Below, in pieces: positions 8,245-17,600 of a stretch of DNA of 43,510 nt. Source of the DNA: Bacteroidota bacterium (GTDB lineage: Bacteria > Bacteroidota > Bacteroidia > Chitinophagales > Saprospiraceae); the NCBI GenBank assembly GCA_039199865.1, contig JBCCSR010000001.1:1-43510 (forward strand). The letters are read 5' to 3'. Within the stretch, counting starts at the first letter, position 1. Every line of letters starts with the position of its first letter. The notes under the pieces are model-generated. The model searched no databases and was not told the origin of the DNA. It worked only from the letters and a program-made list of their open reading frames with translations. Made by a program: the position numbers and the translations under genes.

Positions 8245-11200
8245 ATGACCGTCCGCGAAAATTATCCTTTAGATCCCATCCAAAATCCAACCTCTGAATT
8301 TGCTTCTCCCTATGAGGAGCATCAGACCATTTCAGCCAAAGGACCGGTGCATGAGAGCATGGATTACGATTTTTTACGGAGAAAGGGTATTGAATACGTT
8401 CAAAGGCTTTCCGGAAAAATCTGGACCGACTATAACGAACACGATCCAGGGGTGACGATTTTGGAACAACTATGTTTTGCACTAACCGACTTGGGTTATC
8501 GAAGCAATTTTTCGGTAGAGGACATTTTATTTTCTAAACGTCATCCATTGGAGGCGAGACCCAATAACGCCTTCTTTTCTCCTCAAGCTATTTTTCCTAG
8601 TGCACCGCTGTCATTGAATGATTATCGAAAGTTATTGATTGATCAAGTACTTTACGTAAAGAATGCTTGGTTGGAAATCGACGAGACCAATTTGCATGGT
8701 TACAAGGGCTTGTACAATGTACGGTTGCAGCTTTGGGACAACCTTAGTCCTGAAAAAGAGAAAGCAACAATTGAGGAAGTATATGAACTGTTAAATGCGC
8801 ATCGCAATCTTTGTACGGATATCGTAGAGATTAGTGTATTGGCTACAGATAAAATTGGAGTTGCTGCTGATATCTCCATCAATACCAATGCCATTGGCGA
8901 AGTTGTTTTTGCCGAAATCATTCACCAACTCGAAAAATTCCTCAATCCAGTTGTTCAGTTATACAGTCTCGAAGAACTGCTCAAAGAAGGGAAAACAATT
9001 GACGAAATACTGGAAGGACCATTGCCGGCGCACGGATTTATCAAAACCGAAGAATTGGCAGCGTTACATTCTGAAATTTACATTTCTAGTTTCATCGAGA
9101 TCATATCAAAAGTAGAGGGCGTAGAGGAAGTACAGAATTTGGTCGTCACTTTTGAGGGACAAAGCGTAGATGAAAATGTCATTGTTTTTGCGGAAGGACG
9201 TCATCCGGTTTTGGATGAAAATATGTATAGAGCCAAAGAAGACCAATCGAGCTTGCGCATGTATCGAGGAGATGTAAAAATTGATGTTGATTCCAGTCGA
9301 GTCCAGCAGTTGCTCAATCTTTCTTCGGCGAAGGATCGTAAAAATTTTAAGCTGTCGCTCAACCTCGATCCGCAGCAAACATTGGTTCGCAAACCTTTGG
9401 GACAGATTGAACAATACGTTTCCCTACAGAATTATTTTCCACAAGTTTACGGAATTGGGCATTATGGTTTGCCTTATGGGGCCGATGCACATCGTGCCGG
9501 ACAGGCAAAGCAACTGAAGGGGTATTTGAGTATATTCGAACAAATATTGGCCAATTATCTTAGCCAATTGGCCAACATTCGCCATCTCTTCTCCATTGAA
9601 GACGAAACCAATGCGACCTACTTTAGTCAGCTCCCCCGAGCCATTCCTCAATTGAAAAAATTATTGGCCAAAAAAACCATGATGCGCACGGAGAAATGGT
9701 TGGAGCAAAGAACTCGTCAAACCGATCCCTACTTTGACCGACGCAATCGCTTCCTAGATCATCTTCTGGCCCGCTTTGGTGAGCAATTTAACGTGGATCA
9801 CTTATTGAAGATGTCGGGAAAGGCCAACGGAGAGAACGCCAACGGAGAGGTACAAAACGGCTTGATTCGAGCCAAAGCAAAAATGCTGAGAGATTTTCCA
9901 AGGCTGAGTGCGGATCGAGGGAAAGGATTCAACTACCAACTCCCGGCGTGGAGCACCGACAATGTGGCCGAACTCAAGAAAAAAATTGCCCAGCTTTTAA
10001 ATATCGAAGATGCTCAAAATCGTAGGTTGACCAAGTTGGCAGCCTTTGAGGGATTGAAAATGACCGAGCCCAAGGAGCGTACCAATCAATTCGGCTATGG
10101 TTTTTTAAACCTGAAATTGAGTCTCAGGGAAATGCTTTCTCTTGGAGTTCAAGAATATCGCTACCGGATAGAATACGACGTAAACACCCGTAATCATTGG
10201 GTCTATTTCAAAACGCGAAAGGGAAAACCGCTGGCGGTTTACAAAGAAAAAACGTTGAGCAAATGTGAACAAGCCATCAGCAAAATGATTGAGCGGTTTC
10301 AAAAAATCAATCGCGAAAGTGAGGGCTTTTTCTTAATAGAAAATATATTGTTAAGATCTCGGTCAAAGGCACAATGGAATTTGACTTTGCTCGACATGGA
10401 TGGTAGTCCAATTCTGACGACCATAAAGAGTGGCAGTTATCAAGATCAAGAGGAAATCGCCTTTAATATTTTATTGCTGGGAACGCATAGAGATAATTAT
10501 GAGATACAAAAAAACGGAGCGGCTTGCCTACTGATTTTGCGCAACTACCGAAAGGAAGCCATTATGGTATCGGTTGAAAATTATCGAGAAGAGGAGGTTG
10601 AGGCCAAAATCAATACTATGGTGGAGATGCTCAATGCCATTCGCCAGAATGATCCAGTGCAGGTAAGCAATTTATTGCGGTTTGAAGAGGTAGATCGGGG
10701 AGCCCTAGAACATTCGCGCGCCTTTTATTCCAATCGTTTGAGTGTAATCATTCCCGCTTGGCCAGGCCGATTTCAGAACAAAGATTTCCGCAGTAACTTC
10801 GAACACCTTTTACGAATCAATGCTCCGGTTCATCTGGCGATTAACTTTTTCTGGTTGAGTTTTCAGCAAATGCAAAACTTTGAAAAAAACCATCAGCTCT
10901 GGATAGAAGAATTGACCCGTAAAGATTCTATTCCCCAAAAGCTCGATGATTTTTCTTTTCATTTGGCGAGTCTGCTCAACAGTTATAAAACCAGCTCCCT
11001 GGAAAAGGCCAGAGAGGATGCAAGGCCTCAGCAGGTGGATCGCAATCGGGCCATCCTCGGCCATTTTCATGTTTTCCAAAATGAAAATTTACAGATCATT
11101 GAAGGGATAGGACCGGAGATAGAGCAATGGCTCAAAAAGCAAAAAATCCACAATTGGCAAGCCTTGGCGCATTCTAGTATTGAAGATCTAAAATCTATCG

Positions 11201-11670
11201 TGGAGGCGATTCAACCCGGAGCGCCATTCCAGCAGTATGCCAATTGGTCTGATCAGGCCTGGTTAGCTCAAGAAGGCAAGTGGAATCAATTGATTGCTTA
11301 TCAGCGATTGCTCAGTAGTCGAAAGCGCCAGCATCCAGACGAAAATTTACCATCAAAAATCGAAAAGATGATTATCGAAATCTTTGGACCAGAGATCAAG
11401 AGTAACGATCTGAAAATCATTTACGGCATTACGCCCAAGGTGGAAAAAATACTAAAAGAAGCAAATGTCAACAGTTTGGCTACATTGGCAGGAATAGAAC
11501 TGAATACCATCAATAACATTTTAGCATCAGCGGGCATTCAACAGCATTTCATCAATCCAGAAAGCTGGAATAAACAGGCTCAACTGGCGTTAAATAAAGA
11601 ATACGATGATCTGTGGAGCTACCAAAAGTCGCTTCACGCAACAAGAGATATGCTAGACGAACAGCCTTGA
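8245..11670 (+). CDS. Afp12/Pvc12-like baseplate wedge protein (gp7/gpI-like) with a C-terminal tandem HhH-like add-on
   Basis: 1141 aa from ATG 8245; the ORF-track start at 8050 would overlap the previous gene by 190 nt. The N-terminal motif (YDFLRRKGIEYVQRLSGKIWTDYNEHDPGVTILEQLCFALTDLGYRSNF) matches the conserved start of eCIS Afp12-type proteins as I recall them. Confidence 0.75.
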   Translation: MTVRENYPLDPIQNPTSEFASPYEEHQTISAKGPVHESMDYDFLRRKGIEYVQRLSGKIWTDYNEHDPGVTILEQLCFALTDLGYRSNFSVEDILFSKRHPLEARPNNAFFSPQAIFPSAPLSLNDYRKLLIDQVLYVKNAWLEIDETNLHGYKGLYNVRLQLWDNLSPEKEKATIEEVYELLNAHRNLCTDIVEISVLATDKIGVAADISINTNAIGEVVFAEIIHQLEKFLNPVVQLYSLEELLKEGKTIDEILEGPLPAHGFIKTEELAALHSEIYISSFIEIISKVEGVEEVQNLVVTFEGQSVDENVIVFAEGRHPVLDENMYRAKEDQSSLRMYRGDVKIDVDSSRVQQLLNLSSAKDRKNFKLSLNLDPQQTLVRKPLGQIEQYVSLQNYFPQVYGIGHYGLPYGADAHRAGQAKQLKGYLSIFEQILANYLSQLANIRHLFSIEDETNATYFSQLPRAIPQLKKLLAKKTMMRTEKWLEQRTRQTDPYFDRRNRFLDHLLARFGEQFNVDHLLKMSGKANGENANGEVQNGLIRAKAKMLRDFPRLSADRGKGFNYQLPAWSTDNVAELKKKIAQLLNIEDAQNRRLTKLAAFEGLKMTEPKERTNQFGYGFLNLKLSLREMLSLGVQEYRYRIEYDVNTRNHWVYFKTRKGKPLAVYKEKTLSKCEQAISKMIERFQKINRESEGFFLIENILLRSRSKAQWNLTLLDMDGSPILTTIKSGSYQDQEEIAFNILLLGTHRDNYEIQKNGAACLLILRNYRKEAIMVSVENYREEEVEAKINTMVEMLNAIRQNDPVQVSNLLRFEEVDRGALEHSRAFYSNRLSVIIPAWPGRFQNKDFRSNFEHLLRINAPVHLAINFFWLSFQQMQNFEKNHQLWIEELTRKDSIPQKLDDFSFHLASLLNSYKTSSLEKAREDARPQQVDRNRAILGHFHVFQNENLQIIEGIGPEIEQWLKKQKIHNWQALAHSSIEDLKSIVEAIQPGAPFQQYANWSDQAWLAQEGKWNQLIAYQRLLSSRKRQHPDENLPSKIEKMIIEIFGPEIKSNDLKIIYGITPKVEKILKEANVNSLATLAGIELNTINNILASAGIQQHFINPESWNKQAQLALNKEYDDLWSYQKSLHATRDMLDEQP
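11086..11633 (+). repeat. Two tandem copies of a ~75-aa helix-hairpin-helix-like module inside the Afp12-like CDS
   Basis: Copy 1 is NLQIIEGIGPEIEQWLKKQKIHNWQALAHSSIEDLKSIVEAIQPGAPFQQYANWSDQAWLAQEGKWNQLIAYQ. Copy 2 is DLKIIYGITPKVEKILKEANVNSLATLAGIELNTINNILASAGIQQHFINPESWNKQAQLALNKEYDDLWSYQ. They align without gaps. Confidence 0.7.
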
Positions 11671-11686
11671 GTCAATTGCAGATTGG

Positions 11687-14600
11687 ATGGATGAAAATCG
11701 ACATATCATCAAGCGGCAAATCTTTAACGTAGAGGTTGGCGCCGAAAAAGAAGCTCCCAAAATACAGGAGGAGGTAAGTCGTATTTATCACGCCAAGTTG
11801 GCCCCCTTGATTGAAAAACATTTGGCTCGGTACGATCAACAATTGGGTACGATTCGACTTGAGCAATTGGTACTCAACTGCGAATACCTTCATGCTGATC
11901 ATTTGGAGGAACGCTTGATTGCAGCCTTAGAAGAACAGTTGCCACTCCTTCTGGCAAGCCAAATCCAGCGCGCTCCCACTGCTCCATCTAAAAATATTGC
12001 TCCAGCGGCCCCAGGAGTGGATAGCCAGCAGAAATTATTGCAATATTTCTTGAGAACTGGCCATTTTCCTTGGTGGGCCAGTACAACGGCCATTGAATTC
12101 AATTCATTGCTAAAAAGTGTATTGGATCGGCAGGCGGAATGGTTGTTTGACTTTTTGCGAAAAACCGTGGGACAAACATCAGTTTTACGACGTCTTTGTT
12201 GCCAAACCCATCCTCAGGTATTGGAAAAAATAGAGCGGCAATTACTCAGAGATAGATTGGTAAGGATCCAAAAACACCATCAAAAACTCCTCCGCTATTT
12301 TCAAAGAGGACTAAAGAAAAGCATTCCATTACAACCACTGGCTTTGCTCCTTCGGCAAGGACATTTGCATTACGCCTTACAATACGGACAACAGTCTTTT
12401 GACGAGACGCTTTATTTTCGTTGTACTTTGGAAAGTATCCGTAAGGAGCAGAATACAAGTCTGTATCGGTCCGTAGAGCAAATGCTTCAGCGAAAAAAAG
12501 ACAAGGGTCGATACCAGCGTTTCAATGACCACTTGGCAAAGGAGTGGTCGAATTTGATGGTACGAGAGAAGCAACGGGAAAAACACCTAACACGGAATTG
12601 GCGACCAAGAGCTGCTTTGTTCTTTTTTATCCAAAAAGGATTTTTTCCGGAAGGTCAGGTCTTATCAATGGAGGAGTTGAACGAAGTTGTCGTCAATATT
12701 TTTGAAAAGGAAAAGGGAAGTGCTTACGAGCAGTTGACTCAGCTTCTAGTAGAAGAAGGATTCCGGCTGCGTTTGATGCATCACCTGTCTGCCAGGACGC
12801 TTGCTTATTGCGTCAGTAAATTGCTCCGGCTCCAAAAAATGGGAACCACTTCACTTCGTGAAGATTGTATTCAGCTGTTTGAAAAAGTATTTCGTCGAAA
12901 ATATACTACTCAGCAGTTGGCTGCGAAAATAGATCAAACGATTTTTTACTGTGCTTTTCAGCAAGAACTTCAGCCCTTTCAGTTGATACACCTATTGCAG
13001 GCGCTACTGCAAAAATTCAGTAGAGAGCAGCGGCAGAGTTATCTTCAACTGATTCACCAAATGGTGGTCAATTCAAAGCAGATGCATTTGCCCAACAAAG
13101 ATCTTTTGTTGTCGACATGGTTTAGACTCTATGAGCAAAGCCTGGAGGGGGAGGCGAATCAGGGCCATCGTTCTGTTGAACAACAATTGTTTCATTATTT
13201 GTCGGATGGTTCCTGGGAAGAAGGAGAACTGGTCATCTCTCCCGCTGATTTGGAAAAGAGCTGGCAGACTTTATTAAAGGAAAATCGACCTCATTTTAAA
13301 AAACAATTGCTTCATCAACTTCATAAGGAGAAATTTAGAAAACGCTTGCTTCAACAATTTTCGGAGACCACCTTACAAATGGTTTTTGTCTTGTTATTGG
13401 GGGATTGGGCCACCAAGATTCCCCTCTACAAAAAAGATTTGTTGACTTTATTTCGACAGATGTATCCCCGACGATACGATCGGCAAAAATTTGCAAAACA
13501 GTTGGACCAACTCCTTTTGGCTTATGTGGTGAATCGCAATCATTGGCCCTTTCAAGCGACTTTTTTTCTGGAAAAAATGCTCACAGATATGCAAGCATTA
13601 ACGGGGCAAACGCTGGAGTCTGCATTGGTTTTAGTGAACGCATCATTTCCTGAACTTATTCGTCAAAAGCTATTGAAAAGTCAGTTATTGCATGCCGCTA
13701 TCCCTCTTGCTGAGCAGGAAGAGTATTTTGATAACAAAACAGTAACGAATCATGAGAGTGACTTTATTGCCAATCTGCAGCACTATTTAAACCGGGAGGG
13801 ACAACACCCTTATTCCACTCGAAAATCTGAAAGGGATTGGCGCCAGGACTTATCCAAGCGGCTGTTGGAAAAAGATCCAGCTTTGCTCGAATTTCTCCAA
13901 CAACATTTGCGCAATACGACTGCTGTGGAACAGCTGTTTGATCGGTTTAGTCCCGAAGTTTGTTTGATGGTGAGCAATGCCTTGTTCGGGAGAAGAAGTG
14001 AACTCATGGAGAAGTACTTCAAGGATTTGCGCTACATCAGTGAATTGGCTTTGGTAGGCCCTTTTTCTAAAAGTCAGGTCAACCACTTCTTGGAGCTTGG
14101 GGTATTTCTTTACTTGTCGCAGGGAGAGCAAAGCGTTTTTGACCCTTCTTCTTTCTTGAAAAAGATTTGTCAGTATCTGTCTCAGGCTTTACCGTTTCCA
14201 CTAGAAAAACTACTGTTGAGGATTGAGGAAAAGGCTCGCCTCCTAGACCAGCGTCAACGTTTTGCCAGTCCATTACCAGATTTATTGAGACAAATTTTTC
14301 CACAACAAGATCAGCAGGAGGGCCCTTTGCAACAACAAAAAGATGCTGCTTCTATTCAATGGTTGCACTATTTTTTGGAGAAGGGGAAACTGCCACAACA
14401 TTCGCCCTTTGAGAGCTTGGCAGAATTGGAAGACTACTTTTTAACGGTCTTGTCGACCAATGCGGGAGAGGCAAAACGATTGTTGAAAACTTATTTGCCC
14501 AAAAATCGATCGCTCCACTATTTGCTCCATCATTTTTCGGCCAAGACTATTGCCCACATCAGTCAGACGATGGCCGCCAGCGAATGGGAAACTGCCCAAA

Positions 14601-17600
14601 AGTATTTGACTGATTTTCGGAAGATCATGGCGGCGATGTACGTTGGCGTACATTCTAAGAAATTATTAAACCGGCAAATTGATGCTGCCTTTCTGACTTA
14701 TTGCACTAGTGGTCAGCGGGGAGTGTTCAAACCACTGGTCTTTATCAATGCCATACTAGATTACCTGGCCAAAGCCTTCAATACGACTTTAGGAGAATTA
14801 TCTGAGCTGGCTAAAACAAAGGCTCAAAGGATGGAGCAGGAAGTTCGATTTGCCAGTCCCCTTTCGGATTTGCTACAACAGCTAGAGCAGGAAGAAGAGG
14901 CGAAGCATTTCCAGCATTCCATCAATTCTCCCAAAGCGTCAACTGACCATTTACTCTACTTTTTACAAAAGGGGACTTTTGCTCCAGACGCAGTGATGCC
15001 AACAATGAGTCAGTTGGAAAATCAATTTTTACAAGCATTAAAAACCGCTCATCCGGTCTTTCTCACCAAAGTATTAGAAGTATTGCGCGAAGCTACTGCC
15101 TTCCAGCATTTGACCAGACAATTCTCTGAAGTTCTCCGACATGACTTACTTCAGGTATTGAATCATCAAAGTACCATTTGGAAAAGTGCTTATCATATGC
15201 AATTAGGAGAATTGTTGCATCAAGTAGCAATGATTCGTTATCCGATGTATTTGATTCAGCGAGAACTGGATTTTGCCGTCATCAAAGGGCATGTGGTGCA
15301 TCAAAAAAAGGAAGTGGCCTTGACGGCTTTTGTCGATACCCTTGTCATGCATCTGTCCGACTCTTTTGCGATTGGGGCTACGGATTTGTCGAGGTCTTTA
15401 GAAGAAATAGTACAAACAATGCGTCGTTCCGGAAGCGTTGTCGAGCCATTGCTACAAGTCCTCAGTGAAAGGCAAGTTACTTTGCTGGAAAAGAGAGGAA
15501 ACAAGGCAAGTACAGAGGCAATTGAAGCCGCTATTTTTGCCTTTGTAAAAACGGGGCGCTTCAAGCGGCAAGCAGTTTTGGGACAAAGAGAAGCGTTAGA
15601 GCAACAATTGATTTTGCTACTGGAAAAAGGTGCAACTACTTTTATGCGTCAAATGCGAGCAAGTTTAAAAGCTACCTCAGTTCTTCCAAAGGTCATTGAT
15701 TTGATGACATTGCCATTGCTCGAAAGATGGACAGAGCTACTGTGGGATGACGTACCTCTGATTGCCAGATACCGGCAAGACTTTCGCCAACTATTTGCCG
15801 CTGTTCCAGATAAATTGGAGCCCAGACAAGGCCTACCGAATGAACTAGAGAAAGTGTTATTGCTAGAGGGAGCAGCTCGAAGCCGTCCAAATTTTCAAGC
15901 TCCCCATTTTGTATTACAAATCATTCGTCGATTGGCGATGAGCTATGGACTTAATGTGTCGACCTTATTGAAAAAAAGCGTAGAGACCGCCCGGCAGATA
16001 TACTTGAAAAAGGGATTTCAAACACCTCTTCCCAATTTGTTGTGGCAGATACGAGAGCAACCACCAATAGCAGTGAGGGCGGTAAACACCCAATCGGTAC
16101 TAGAAGTAGTTCGGTATTTCTTGACGAAAGGTCAATTGCCTGCTGCTTCTCCCCAGTTTGAGACGGTCTTGGATTTGGAACTTCAGTTGCTAAAAGTTGT
16201 CAAGCAAAAAGATGTTCCTTTTCTACGGAATTTGAAAGACATTCTAACGAAAAGTAAAAAGAGTCAGCAATACATTCAGCAATTGGCCCTTGAGACTCAA
16301 GCCACCTTGGGACAAGTTTTGGGAAATGTTTTTTTACCGAATCTACGAGAGATAAGTGAGGACTTACAATTGCTTTTGAGCAAAATGGAAGCCCTCAGGA
16401 TGACTCCCCAAAAATGCAAATCCATTTTGAACCTGACAGCTCTGGAAATACTCACGCAAAATTATTCTGCTGCGTCCCAAGAGAATCACTATTTTGAAAG
16501 GGTATTGTTGAATTCAGTAGAGCAGCAAGTGCTCCCCAATCGCGTTTATTTTGAAAAAGTGAAGCAAACCCTTCAGGTCCTTACTGAGCAGAAAATACTG
16601 AAGCGCATTACGAAAACGAAATTGCAAAATTGGTCTTTTCAAGAAGCAGACTTAAAAAGCAGTCTACAAGTGGGAACGGATGTTCGCCAAAAAGCAAATG
16701 CTTCCAGGACGGAACAACAAGTAATTTCCGTGTTACTTCAGCTCTTAGGAACCTTTCTGCTGACTGGACATTTTGAGTCCCGAAAAAGCGTTTCAACGTT
16801 CCTGGATTTTGAGTGGCAGTTGACGGCTTTGTGTAAAAAGGGAGGGAAAAAATTCCTCCATCAACTTCGGCAAACTTGGCAAAAAGGCGACAAGCATCAG
16901 AAAAGAATAAAAGCATTTGCCCCTCAAAGTCTAAGGAGTATTTGTCAGGCGATCAACAAACAGTTTTCGAAAGGGATGGAAGACTTGATGAGTGATTTAA
17001 AACAGGTTCTCCATGGATTGGAACAATTGGGTAGTCGAACAGAAAATATCCAGCTGCTCGTAGATGAGAGTCGGTTGACCACTTGGACCAAAGCACCCAA
17101 TGGGACAACTACCGAGTCTGAACTTGTTCGTCACGTCTTGCATCAGTTGACGCAAGTTCGACGAATGCCTTTGGAAGTACTTGGCCCAAAGGTGCTCCAA
17201 GAAACGAAAAAATTACGGAAGGGAGGGCGACTGAAAAGCCAATTGTGGAAGCATTTGCAATCAATTGATTTCCACGAAAAAGAGGCAGCGATTTACGAAG
17301 AAAGGGAGGATGCCCTAGAAGAGATGGACCCAGAGCGTCTCCCATTGAGCGAAGAGCAACCATTGCATCGCCCAACACTTGAGCAGCCCATTTTATCGGG
17401 TAACTATTTGTTGGATCTCCTCCAGTATTGGCTAACTTTTGGTGAGACGCCCTGGTGGAGTAAGAACGAGGAACCACTCGATGAAGTACTTCTTCGGCTG
17501 GGAGAGGAAGATCCAAAACGATTGTTGGATACGCTGCGCTATGCTCTTGAACGGCCACAACAAATACAAGATTTTTTGAATCAGTTGTCAGAGGAATCAC

